This document shows, piece by piece, positions 47,676-59,963 of a stretch of 64,000 bases of DNA. This stretch comes from Felis catus. Its lineage: Eukaryota. The stretch covers positions 96,350,001 through 96,414,000 of the forward strand of contig NC_058368.1 of NCBI RefSeq assembly GCF_018350175.1, read 5' to 3'. The notes under the pieces were generated by a model. It saw nothing but the letters and a program-made list of their open reading frames with translations. It did not search any database and was not told the origin of the DNA. The position numbers and the translations under genes are program-made. How positions within the stretch are numbered: position 1 is the first letter of the stretch; the number at the start of each line of letters is the position of its first letter.

Positions 47676-48700
47676 TTCTGCACAACAAAGGAAACAACAA
47701 GCAAAACTAAAAGACAACCTACTGAATCAGAGAAAATATTTATAAATGATGTATCTTGTAAAGGGTTAGTATCCAAAATATATAAAGAACTTCTAAAACT
47801 CGACACTCCAAAAACTAATAAGCCAATTAAAAAGGGAAGAAGACACGGATAGATACTTTTCCAAAGAAGACATCCAGATGGCCAAAAGATACATGAAAAG
47901 ATGGTCAACATCACTAATCACCAGGGAAATACAAATCAAAACTACAATGAGATATCACCTCAAAACCTGTCAAAATGGCTAAAAATCCTCAATACAAGAA
48001 ACAACAGGTATTGCTGAGAATAAAGGAGAAACCTCTTGCACTACTGATGGGAATTTAAACTGGTACAGCCACTCTGGAAAAGAGTATGGAGATTCCTCAA
48101 AGAGTTAAAAATAGAACTACCCCATGATCCAGAAATTACACTACTAGTTATTTACCCAAAGAATACAAAATTACTAATTCAAAGGGATACATACACCTAA
48201 TGTTTACTGCAGCATAATCTACAATAGCCCAATTATGGAAACAGCTGAAGTGTCCATGAACTGATAAACGGATAAAGAAGATGTGATATATATATACACA
48301 ATGGAACATAACTCAGCCATAAAAATAATGAAATCTTGCCATTTGCAATGACATGGATGGAGCTGGAGAGTATTATGCTAAGTGAAATGAGTCAGTCAAA
48401 GAAAGACAAATACCATATTACTTCACTCCTATGGGGAACTGGAGAAACAAAACAAACAAGCAAAGGGAAAAAGAGAGAGAGACAGAGAGAGGGAGGCAAA
48501 CTAAGAAAGAGACTCTTAACTATAAAGAATAAAGTGAGGGTTACCAGATGGAGGTAAATGGGGAGATGGATTAAATAGGTGATACGGATTAGGTGCACTT
48601 GTGATATACACTGGGTGTTGTATATAAGTATTGAATCGCTAAACTGTACATCTAAAACTATTAATACACTGTATTTTAACTGGAATTTAAATAAAAACTT
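47676..48700 (+). mobile_element. Carnivore LINE-1 3' ~1 kb
   Basis: ORF2 C-terminus (PFAMTWMELESIMLSEMSQ), 3' UTR ending aactggaatttaaataaaaactt. Confidence 0.92.
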
Positions 48701-48779
48701 AAATATGAGGTAAAAAGGAGCTAATTAAAGTGGAGGAAGAGATGAAAAAATGGATAAGAAAAGGAAGTATTTCCTATTG

Positions 48780-49480
48780 TGATACAGATTATAATTTTGC
48801 TTTAAAAGTAGTAAAAGGAGAATTGATACTGTAGGAAATCAAACGAGGATTAATAAAAGAAGGTATTAGTTGAAAAGGTAACAGAGTCGAGGACAAAAAA
48901 TAGACATTTAATTAATAGAGAACTGTAGTTCCTGGAGAAAAGAAAATAACAAGTAGAGTAGACATCAACAATAAAGGAAATGAAAAATAAGAGAACTCAA
49001 ACTATGGAATGTCTTAAAATCAAAAGCGTCCACTTAATACCACAATTAACAGAAAGGAACCCCATATCTAGACATTGCATGATTAATATATTTTTTAGTG
49101 TGTCCTTTAGTGGGGGAGGGGCAGAAGGAAGGGAGAGAGAGAATCCTAAGCAGGATCCATGCCCAACAGGGAGTCTGATGTGAGTCTCCATCTCACAACC
49201 ATGAGATCATGACCTGAGCCAAAATCAAGAGTTGGACACTAAAGTTATTCCAAGAATGTATAGGAAGAAAATGTTACCTACAATGAAGGGTTCTGTACCA
49301 GGAAACACTGGGGATATTTTATAGACCTCTGAAAGCAGAAGCGAGTTCCCCAAATGTTTTACACAAGCATGTCTCATCTAAGAACACAAATGTATGATTC
49401 TGGAATGTCTCAGAAAATACACCACTGTGCATATGAATTCCTCAAGTTATAATCCAGGAAAGCAACAAATGAATAATAAT
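48780..49480 (+). mobile_element. Ancient L1/HAL1-like ORF1 fragment
   Basis: gttcctggagaaaagaaaata...ccccatatctagacatt...aaaatgttacctacaa ORF1-like motifs; very degenerate. Confidence 0.4.
49088..49242 (-). mobile_element. Older Can-SINE, head missing
   Basis: Antisense body ending at gttggacactaa. Confidence 0.8.
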
Positions 49481-49699
49481 ATTCTCAAAAATTGAGAAGT
49501 TATGAAATAAAGATTTAATTATAAGCATTGTAAGAAGTTAAAATATTAAGCCTAGGTAATGAAATAGCGTTAAAAATCAAAGGCAACTAACTATTCAATA
49601 ATAACAAACTGTATCTAAAATCCTAGATTATGTCAACTTTGAAAGTTAAAATAAAGCTTCCTGATTAAATCTTGAATTAGAGAAGGTCAAGAAAATTAT

Positions 49700-50066
49700 T
49701 TTATTGTTTAATTCAGTTTTATTTAGATAAAACTGAAATGTAATAAACTGCACATATTTAAAAGGATAGAAATTAATAAGTTTGGACCTTGAATATGACT
49801 TTGAAACTATCACTACAATCAAGATAATGAGCCATCATCTCTGAGAAACTCATTTTATACACTTGTAAATATAACCTGAGCCCCTCCTATCCCCTCCTTA
49901 CTCTAACTATAGATTTACACTTTTAACATTTCATATCAATACAGTCATACTGTATTTATTATTTTTGAGATTCATTCATGTTGTAGTGTGCATTAGTAGT
50001 TTATTTATTTTGCTTATTGTATGCATATATCATAATTTATGTGTCCATTTACCTGTTGATAAATTT
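49700..50066 (-). mobile_element. Ancient L1 (L1MC/L1ME) 3' end
   Basis: aataaactgcacatattt...gaaactatcactacaatcaagataatg...tttttgagattcattcatgttgtagtgtg. Confidence 0.7.
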
Positions 50067-50283
50067 AAAAAAATTTTTTTCAACGTTTATTTATTTTTGG
50101 GACAGAGAGAGACAGAGCATGAATGGGGGAGGGGCAGAGAGAGAGGGAGACACAGAATCGGAAACAGGCTCCAGGCTCTGAGCCATCAGCCCAGAGCCTG
50201 ACGCGGGGCTCGAACTCCCGGACCGCGAGATCGTGACCTGGCTGAAGTCGGACGCTTAACTGACTGCGCCACCCAGGCGCCCC
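50067..50283 (-). mobile_element. Young felid Can-SINE
   Basis: CpG-rich body; perfect TSD cctgttgataaattt. Confidence 0.97.
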
Positions 50284-50299
50284 AGCCTGTTGATAAATT

Positions 50300-51160
50300 T
50301 TAAAAGGTTGATGAAAGACATGAACAGACATTTCTCCAAAGATGGCCTACCTATGGTGAACAGACACATGAAAATATTCTCGACATCACTAATCATCAGG
50401 GAAATGTCCATCAAAACCACAATGAGCTATCACCTCACACTGGTCAGAATAGCTAAAATCAAAAGCTCAAGAAACAACTATTGGTGAAGATATGGAGAAA
50501 AAGGAACCTTCACAAACTGATGAAAATGCAAACTGGTGTGGCCACTCTGGAATACAGTATAGAGGTTCCTCAAAAAATTAAAAATATAACTACACTGTGC
50601 CCAGTAATCCCACCACTGTGTATGTATCCACACTAATTCAAAGAGGTAGATGCATCCCTATGCTAACTGAAACATTATTTACAATAGACAAAGTATGGAA
50701 GCAGCCTAAGGGTCCACCAACTAACGAATGCATGAAGAACATGTGATATATATCTATAACGGAACGTTATTCAGCCATAAACAAAGAATGAGATCTTGGC
50801 ATTTGCAACAAGATGGATGCATCTAGAAAGTATAACGCCAACTGAAATAAGTCTGTCAGAGAAAGACAAATACAAATTATTTCATTCATAGGTAATTTAA
50901 GAAGCAAAACAAATGAGCAAAGGGAAGAGACAGAGAGAGACAAATCAAGAAACAGACTCTTAACCATAGAGAACAAACCGATGGCCACCAGAGTGGGGTG
51001 GGTGGAGGAATTGGTGAAATAGGTGAAGGGGATTAAAAGTACGCTTACCTTGATGAGCCCAGAATAATATATGCAATTGTTGAATTGCTATGTTGTACAT
51101 CCAAAACTAATATAAAACTATATAGTAACTACATCTGAATTGAAATTAATTTTAAAAATG
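50300..51160 (+). mobile_element. Carnivore LINE-1 3' ~0.85 kb
   Basis: ORF2 peptide KDMNRHFSK...TTMSYHLTLVRIAKIK; 3' UTR ggtgaaataggtgaaggggattaaaagtac. Confidence 0.9.
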
Positions 51161-51639
51161 AAGGAAGATGTAACATTTGATTTATGTGTGACACACTGTG
51201 TTCCAGGTTTCAAATATTCATGATTCAATCTTACCCTATTTAATTTTGGTAAAATGTGTATTTTAGAATAGATTTTACACATATATAAAATTTTATTTAG
51301 TCATTTTCCTATTTAGCATATTTATTACTGTATAAAGGCACTATATGATCAATGAAGAAAATGTGAAACAAAACTATAGCTGTGAATTCTGATACTAATT
51401 TTATGATAGTGCTTACTCTGGAAAATTTCCTTTCAATTGGGTTCATAGGTACGTTAGTTTTTTCTAGAATTTTTCCACTCTGAACTGAAAAGAATTTTTC
51501 ATGTAAACCCATACCAACACCCTTGAGGAGAATAAAAATACTCCTGGAATGTAGAGTAAAATTTAATGCTACCCAATAACATTTTGAAATAATGGTAAGA
51601 TCATTACAAATGGACAGACTCTATGACTCCCTTTTTAAA

Positions 51640-51830
51640 AGATTATATAATGCTGGGACAAATAACCATCCTGATAGGGTACAAGAAAATATATGTATTT
51701 GTGAGGATAATCATCCTTGCCTCAAGGAAGTACAGATGTTAATCACATGTAAACACAATAAATAAGTAATTACAAATTGTGTTAATTGCTATGAGGCTAA
51801 GTCACAGACAACAGAGAACAGCCAGGAATT
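51640..51830 (-). mobile_element. L2 fragment
   Basis: ccttgcctcaaggaagtacag...taattacaaattgtgttaattgctatga. Confidence 0.5.
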
Positions 51831-53149
51831 TCAACTTCCAATAGTGTTATACATAAACTGAGAATTGCACGTCAGCAAAACAAGTCCTTGTTGCTCATGG
51901 CTCTCAAAACATATACAAAGTCTATGTGATTTGACAAAATATGTTAAAAATGCCACACACGAAGGAGACTCAGGGACGATAGGAGAGTAGGAGGTTCTGA
52001 GCTCACCTCCTTCCACAGATATACCAGGGCTACAACTATATATACTGCAACTTTTTGAAAACAACCTAAAGACTAGCAGAATCGTGTTCCCACAGCCAAC
52101 GATATACAGAGACTCACATCAAGAGGTGTAGGAGGGGAACCAAACTCCTGCAGGGAAACCCACAAGTGGGAGAGATATCAGAGGTGAAGAGGTCCTACCA
52201 GAGGAGCAAGGGGATCAAGCCTCAGAATGGACAACCCTCAACCCCACAGTCCTGGGGATCTGCACCAGAAATGTGAACACCCTTAATGTCTGGCTTTCAA
52301 AATCGGTGAGGCTTAACTCTGGGAGCCTTCAAAACCAGCTGAGCTTAACTTCAGAAGACCCAGTTGGCTACAGGAAACCAAGATTCCACTCTTCAAGGGC
52401 CGATACACTACACTCACTAGGTCCAAGACTCAACACAGGGACAGCAGTTTGAAAGCACTACTAGTATATGAAAAGATTTACTAATTAATTTTAGAGTGAG
52501 CACCAGATGGGTAGGGATGGTAGAAACCTTTACCAGGGTGGGTCCCATTTTTCATGCCTTCCTTCAGCCTAGTTGGTCAGATGCTGGGAGAAACCCGTTC
52601 TAACATTTCCCAATCTACCTGACAGCACTGTTCACTCACCCTGGTGTTCTCCTGTGGAGCTACCCCAACAGGGTGCCTTTCCAAATTGACTCCCACCCTA
52701 CCTAACCCAGGAGACAACCTTGGCTGAGACCAGCATTCCTCCAAAACAACTCCTGTCCCAGGGAGGGTAGGCGGCCCCACCCACTGGCAAACCTACAACA
52801 GTTACTGCCAGGCCCCTCAGCCAGCTATGCTAAAGGCTGACATCACCCACCAGAGGACAGCAACTGCTATAGCCAGGCTTTTCAGCCAGCTGCCTTAGGG
52901 CCAGGCCTGCTAGCTAGTGCATCTTTAGCAGTTGTGGCCCAGCCACAACAGGAGGGCACATGCACCCCACACAGGGGACATCCCTGGAGCACCAGTTTCT
53001 GGAGACCAGGGGGATTGTGCTACTGGGCGCCACAGGATGCCTTCCAACAAACCCACTACTTTCACCACCAGGAGACGTAGCTGACCTACCTAATATCTAA
53101 CAATCACAGAAAGTCAAACAAAATGAGGAGAAAAAGGAATATGCTCAAA

Positions 53150-53151
<2 letters not shown>

Positions 53152-53193
<42 letters not shown>
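53152..53193. repeat. (CA)n microsatellite
   Basis: Directly visible. Confidence 0.98.
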
Positions 53194-53195
<2 letters not shown>

Positions 53196-53404
53196 TAAAA
53201 AATTAACTAAAAAAAACAAGGATAAGCAATCTACCTGATAAAGAGATCAAAGTAATGGTCCTAAAAATGCTCACATCATTTGGGAGTGAATTAACTCAAT
53301 GAAAACTTTAACATAGAGATAGAAAAAAATACATAAAAAAGAATGAAAGTTTAAGAATACAATAATTGAAATTAAAAAAAAAAACAAAACAAAACACTAC
53401 AAGG

Positions 53405-53519
53405 GGGTATTCAGTTTTAAATGCCCCCTCTCTGGAAAAAGAGTTTTCATACTATTCTTCCTTTCTGGTCTTATATTCTAATAAACTTCTGCCTGCTCAC
53501 TGCCCCCGCCCCCCCAACA

Positions 53520-53559
<40 letters not shown>
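53405..53559 (+). mobile_element. TSD-flanked short retro-insert with AATAAA and (CA)n tail (possible LTR R-region retrocopy)
   Basis: TSD ACACTACAAGG at 53394-53404 and 53560-53570; AATAAA at 53480-53485. Confidence 0.6.
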
Positions 53560-53565
<6 letters not shown>

Positions 53566-53907
53566 CAAGGAAAAAACACTAGACTAAAGGAGGCAGAAGA
53601 ATGAGTCAGCAATCTGAAAATAGGGTAATGGAAAGCAGCCAAGGTGAACAGCCAAACAAAGAATTTAAAAAATGAGGATAGGCTGAAACATCCAAGGAAA
53701 ATCAAGTGTACTAACATTTGCATTATAGGAGTCCAACAGGAGAACAGAACGAAAAAGGGACAGAAAACTTCTATGAAGAAATGATAGCTGAAAACTTCCC
53801 TCATCAGGTGAAAGAAGCAGATATCCAGTTCCAAGAAGCACCGAGAACCTGTAAAGATGAACCCAAGAAGGTCCATATTAAGACACATAATAATGAAAAT
53901 GGCAAAA

Positions 53908-54118
53908 GGGAGAGAGGGAGAGGGAGAGGGAGAGGGAGAGGGAGAGGGAGAGGGAGAGGGAAAGGGAGAGGGAGGGGGAGAGGGGGAGAGGGGGAGAGGG
54001 GGAGAGGGGGAGAGGGGGAGAGGGGGAGAGGGAGAGAGGGAGAGAGGGGGAGAGGGGGAGAGGGGGAGAGGGAGAGAGGGGGAGAGGGGGAGAGGGAGAG
54101 AGGGAGAGAGAGAGAGAG
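53908..54118. repeat. Pure-purine (GGGAGA)n/(GGGGGAGA)n tract
   Basis: Directly visible; about 210 bp of G/A only. Confidence 0.97.
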
Positions 54119-55600
54119 AATATTAAAAACAGCAGGGGAAAAGCAAATCGTTACCAACAAGGGAAACCACATAAAGCTATCAACAAATTTTCAGCGGAAA
54201 CTTTGTAGGCCTGAAAGAAGTAGTAGGGTATGTTCAAAGTGCTAAAAATAACCTGCAACCAAAAGTCCTCTACCCATGAGGCTATCATTAGGAATTGAAG
54301 AAAAGAGAGAAAGAATTTTCAAGACAAACAAAAGTTAAAGGAGTTCATTACCAGTAAACCAGCCTTATGAGAAACATTAAAGGGACTTTTATAGCAGAAA
54401 AGGCTATAACTAGAATTAAGAAAATTATAAAAGAAAAATTTTCACTGGTAAAAGCAAACATATACTAAATGTACTAGATCAATTAGTTATAAATAAGCTA
54501 TGAAGATTAAAAGACACAAGTAGTAATATCAATTATGTCTGTAAAAATTAGTTAAGGCAGACACAAAAAGACATAAAGTATGACATCATGTAAATAAAAT
54601 GTAGAGTGGAAAGTAAAAATGTAGTACTTTCAGAATGTGTTCAAACTTAAGCAACCGTAAACTTAATACAGACTGCTTAATGCATACATAGGATGCTACA
54701 TATGAACCTCACAGGAACCACAAACCATAAAACTATAGAAAAACTACACAAAAAACAGAAAGTAATTCAGGCTTAACTCAAAAGAAAGTCAATAAATCTC
54801 AACGAAAGCGAGTATGAGAAAAAGAAAGGATCAGAGAACTTCAAAAACAACCAGAAAACAAACAAAATGATAATATATACATACCTATAATTACTTTAAA
54901 TATAAATGGAATAAATGCTTCAATCTAAAGACACAGTGTGACCAAAAGAATCAAAAGACAAGATCCATCTGTATGCTGTCAATAAGAGATCCACTTCAGA
55001 CTAAAGACACATAGGCTAAAAGTGAAGAAATGGAAAACGATATTCCATGCAAATAGAATGTAATAAAAGCTGGGAAAGCCATACTATTATCAGACAAAAT
55101 AGACATTAAAATAAATACTGTAACAAGAGACAAAGAAGGCCATTACATAATGATAAAGGAATCATTCCAACAAGAGGATACAACAGTTGTAAATATTTAT
55201 GTACCCAGCACAGAGGTACCAAAATACTGAAATGGAGAAATTGACAGTATTACAGTAACAGTAGGGGAATTTAACACCCCCACTTACATCAACGGATGGA
55301 TCATCCAGACCAACAAGGAAACAGTGACTTTGAATGACACATGATGTGGTTTTGAAAGACTCAAATGTTCAACATATACATAAAAAGATATTCATTTCCA
55401 CTCATCAGGGAAAATGCAAATCAAAACCACAACAAGATGTTACCTTATACCAGTTCTCACGGCAAGTAACAAAAAGAAAAGGAATAACAAGTGATGCTGA
55501 TGATGTGGAGAAAAGGGACCCCTTGTGCACTGTTGGTGGAATGTACATTGGTGCAACCACACTGACAAGTAGTATAGTGGCGCCTCAAATATTAAAAAGA

Positions 55601-55828
55601 GGAGGTGCCTGCGCGGCTCAGTCAGTTAAGCATCTGGCTTCAGCTCAGGTCAGGATCTCACAGTTTGTGGGTTCGAGCCCACATCAGGCTCTGTGCTGAC
55701 AGCTCAGAGCCTGGAGCCTGCTTCAGATTCTGTCTCCCTCTGTGTCCCTCCCCAGCTCATACTCTGTCTCTCTCTGTCTCTCTCTCTCTCTCTCTCTCAA
55801 AAATAAACAAACATTAAATTTTTGTTCA
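55601..55828 (+). mobile_element. Can-SINE inside L1 3' region
   Basis: Head GGAGGTGCCTGCGCGGCTCAG, GTTCGAGCC, (CT)n, tail. Confidence 0.94.
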
Positions 55829-56043
55829 AATTACAAATAGAAATACCATATGCTCCAGCAATTCCACTACTGGTATTTATCCAAAGGAGGAAAAAAAAAA
55901 AAACCTCACTGATTAAAAAAAAAAAAAAAAAAAAAACAATACATGCACCCTGTTTATTGCAACATTATTTACAATAGCCAAGACATAGAAACATCCATTT
56001 ATAGATGAATGCATAAAGAAGATGTTGGAGATATTTATTTATT

Positions 56044-56119
<76 letters not shown>

Positions 56120-56120
56120 A
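56044..56120. repeat. Compound tetranucleotide STR (TAGA)n(GAAA)n
   Basis: Directly visible. Confidence 0.98.
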
Positions 56121-56779
56121 TGGAACATTAGTTAGCCAATGAAATCTTGCCATTTGCAACAATATAGATGGACCTGGAGCTTATTATCCTAAGTAAAAGG
56201 AGACCAAGACAAATACTATATTGTTTCACTTACAGGTGGAATCTAAGAAACAAACCAAATAAAAACAGTCCTCTAAATTCAGTAAGCTGATGCTTACCAT
56301 TGGGGAGGTGGTTGTGGGGATGGGAAATTAGATTAATGGGATGAAGACTTCCAGTTACAAAACAAGTAAGTTGGAGAGATGCAAACTGCAGCGTAGGAAA
56401 TACAGTTAATAATATTGTAATAACACTGTATGATGACAAATGATGACTTACTGTGGTGAGCACTAAGTAATGTATAGAATTTTCAGATCAGTACACCCGA
56501 AACTAATATAACACTGTAGATCAATTATTCTTTATAATAAATTTAAAATGAATTAATTAATACAATTGTTAAATGCGCCACATGATACTTGAAAAACCAG
56601 AATGAGTATAATTCTGCTAAAAATCTCTGATTATAATTGTCCAGATATAGTTGCAGAACATACGTACTTCAGTTACAAAGGGCCATATAGCTCTTATAAT
56701 GGCATTCTTCAGGCATGTTACTATGACAACGTATCTGGATGGCTTGCTCTTTTTTATCTTGTAGGGCAAAAATTATCTC

Positions 56780-57010
56780 AATGGCATTTATTTACTCATT
56801 CGATATGTATCAATGTTCTACTAATGCCAGCCATTGGGAAAATTCTACAGAACAAAAGAGAAGTAGTCTCTGCTTTGGCAGGAATACTGACTGCTTACAA
56901 AGACAGCTATTAAACTAATATAGAAAATTGTGCTATACAGTTACAAATGATAGTAGGAAAATAACAGGGTACTGCGAGAGGAAATGATTTGGAAAAACTC
57001 ATTAAATTGA
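56780..57010 (-). mobile_element. L2 3' fragment
   Basis: catttatttactcattcg...ctactaatgccag...gtctctgctttggcagga. Confidence 0.5.
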
Positions 57011-57254
57011 GGTGCAAGTCATTTTAGCATAGGTAATATGGAAATCTTACTGATGCTCAACATATGTGAAATTTTACCCAGAGTTATCTCAGGTCAAACA
57101 CTAGATTAGCCATTATGCTGTGATCAGAATGCTTTTGTGTGTTTCCAATATTTCAGGATTTCTACCAAGATCCTTGGTTGCACAGTATCATCTATATCAG
57201 CAATTTTCGACTTGCCCTCTATCCTAGCACTCATGATGGATGATGGTGATTACT

Positions 57255-57530
57255 AATATATTTGGATTTATTTCTACCAACTTTTGTGTGCTTCCTTCTT
57301 ACTCTGCTTGTTCTTTGATTCTCTTTTCTAATTTCCTGTACTCTCTTGTATTGATCGAACTTTCTTTATTAGCTTTTTCCCCTCTACTGGTTTAAAAGTT
57401 ATGTTTTATATCATTTTTGTGGCTAACTTTAAATTGTGAACATGTATTTGTGACTTAACCAACCCGAAGTCAGTATCTGTAATGCCAAAGAGTACAAGCA
57501 GTTTAGCTACCTGTAACTTTCATCACCACT
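57255..57530 (-). mobile_element. Ancient L1 fragment
   Basis: atatttggatttatttctacc...ttttcccctctactggttt...gtggctaacttta pattern. Confidence 0.4.
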
Positions 57531-58384
57531 GCCAAACACCCACATGTACATATACATACAACCACACACAATATGTATATTCACAGTAGGTATATTTTTT
57601 GCATTGCACCTATACCTTCTCTGTCATTCAAGGCAGTTTATCAAATGAAAGTTAGAATATATCAGACCATCCTAGATTCGACTGCCATTTGTAAAATTAA
57701 AAAAAAAAACCTAGTAAACCTTTCCAAGTATGTATTCCTTAACTTTATAACTGGTGACACCTCAAATAATTAGTCATAACTCACCACAAGTGTTTAATTT
57801 CTATTGGGTTAGGTTAATTGTATTAAAAACACAACCCATCTCGAAGATACAGACTGCATGAGTTTAGATTCTCTCCCAAAAGTGTTGCGACCAAAGATCT
57901 TCTTTCACTCATAGATTCAGGCCAGAACAACCTAGTTCTGCAACAACCACACCATATGGCCAATGCCAAAAAGATGGCTGCTCTGCTGCATTCTGGAAAT
58001 TTAGTCTTTATCACCGGGAGAGAATGAAGCAGGGCTGTAAACTGGAGGGTATTTCAGCGACATTGATCAAAGTTAACATGTAGAACTCCCATTGCATTCA
58101 AGATGTCTATGTTTTATTAGATATATTAGAAAATGAAAAATAAATAAATAAACAAACAAACAAATAAAGTCCTATTAGATACAGTAGGCAAAAATACATG
58201 TAGAAAACTAGGTCAAATAGGTAAAAATACATGTGGAAATGTCTCCTGGCTTCATGTAATTTTAACCCAATTCCTTAGAAGATGATTTAGTGACACATAT
58301 GTACTAATCAAACTATTCAGGGAGTCTATTTACAGGGATTTTATTTACATATTCGATTAAGCATAAGAAAAGATTCAAATATGT

Positions 58385-58531
58385 GTATTGTCTAATGCGG
58401 GCTCTACCACTTATGACCTGTATGACCTTCAAGTAGTGATAACCTTCCAAGTTTTAGTTTTTATATCTCTAATCACATCTATGTTTCACATGATCATGTC
58501 TATGAAAAATGAAGTAGAGAAAAGTGATGTA

Positions 58532-58614
<83 letters not shown>

Positions 58615-58660
58615 AAAATCTGGTGTGATACCTAGCAAAGGTCAGACAAACAATAAATGA
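58385..58660 (+). mobile_element. MIR SINE containing a microsatellite
   Basis: ggctctaccacttatgacctgtatgaccttcaagtag...; cctagcaaa...caataaatg end. Confidence 0.6.
58533..58610. repeat. (TG)n(GA)n compound microsatellite
   Basis: Directly visible. Confidence 0.98.
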
Positions 58661-58688
58661 AACATTTTTGCATAAAAGACAGTGCACA

Positions 58689-58858
58689 GGGGATGCCTGG
58701 GTGGCTCAGTGGGTTAAGTGTTCCACTCTCAATTTTGGCTCAGGTCATGATCTCAGGGTTCAGGAGACTGAGCTCCCATCAGGCTCTGTGATGACTGTGC
58801 ACAGCCTACTTGGGATTCTCTCTCCCTCTCTCTGCCCCACCCTCACTTGCAATGTCAA

Positions 58859-58903
<45 letters not shown>

Positions 58904-58935
58904 ATAAATAAATAAACGTTTAAAAAATGAAAATA
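58689..58935 (+). mobile_element. Older Can-SINE
   Basis: GGGGATGCCTGGGTGGCTCAG head, (CT)n, tail. Confidence 0.93.
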
Positions 58936-59796
58936 AAACCAAAATCCATTACATAGCATCATAATCTATCCTGACTGAGCTATAACATTTAAACACTGTC
59001 ACTGAGACATACTCTTGGAGCAATTACAGTACCCGTACAATTCAGAACAACTTTCTGATAGACACTAATCAAATACGTAAATCCTATTACATAACTTTGG
59101 AAGACATTTTAAAAACTGAATTATTTAGACAATAGCTAAAGCACGGTATCTGAAAAAAAAAAAAACCTTCCATAAAATCCACCAATTGAAATTTTCAGAA
59201 ATACTACCTTTATCAACATCATATTTGCCGTATGAAACTTTCATATGCATCCTCACATACCCTTAGATGTCACCCATAATATAAATGTTGACTTAGCTCA
59301 TCTAAGTCATCATGGAAGCACGGAAAAGCTCCAACTAATTAAAGAATATATGAGGTAAATAAAAGACAAAGATCCTATATTACCATTTTATTTCAAAATT
59401 ACTTATAAGTATCACCAGCTATAGAAGTTTGAAACAGAATAAACATGTCAAACATTAGATATAAGTTGATGCTATTATGTAAGAAAGCAGAATATATCTG
59501 GAAACTATATAATGGTGGGGATATAGGAGAGAAAAAAATGGATTTTCTTACTAAATTGAAGATGGAGATGATAGAGAAATAAATTCATCTAGGAGGCTCA
59601 GTGAAATTTTGTGAAATACACTTTGCCCATATACCATTGCATGTTTACAAACCACTGAGGAAAAAACATCATCTTCTGACTGCTCCTTTACTCTTTTCCT
59701 GAGAATGAACGTGGAGACTAAGTGTCTTGTCCAGACTCACTTTAGGGAAATATTTTATATCCACTTTTACAGATATAATTAAAAAGATGTAGAAAA

Positions 59797-59963
59797 GGGA
59801 CACCTGGGTGGCTCAGTCAGTTGAGTGTCTGACTCTTAATTTCAGCTTAGGTCATGATCCCAGGGTCATGGGATCTAGGTCCATTTGGGCTCTATGCTGA
59901 GCGTGGTGCCTGCTTAAGATTCTCTCTCGCCCCTACCCACTCTCGAATTAAGAAGAAAAAAAA
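59797..59963 (+). mobile_element. Older short Can-SINE
   Basis: GGGACACCTGGGTGGCTCAG head; cctgcttaagattctctct. Confidence 0.9.

Larger units (their letters stand above)
51962..56560 (+). mobile_element. LINE-1 with 5' UTR, ORF1, long spacer and ORF2 endonuclease, fused directly to the 3' end (internally deleted)
   Basis: 5' UTR homologous to the 3137 copy; ORF1 ATG ~53123 (EEMIAENFP...EADIQFQEA); ORF2 start ~54867; jump at ~55342 to the ORF2 C-terminal region; 3' UTR ending gaaactaatataacactgtag. Confidence 0.88.

Noticed and set aside
53718..54245. Longest ORF (175 aa) with RG/GE repeats, and its overlapping ORFs
   Set aside because: A fragment of decayed L1 ORF1 extended through a stop-free GA microsatellite; not an RGG-type host protein.
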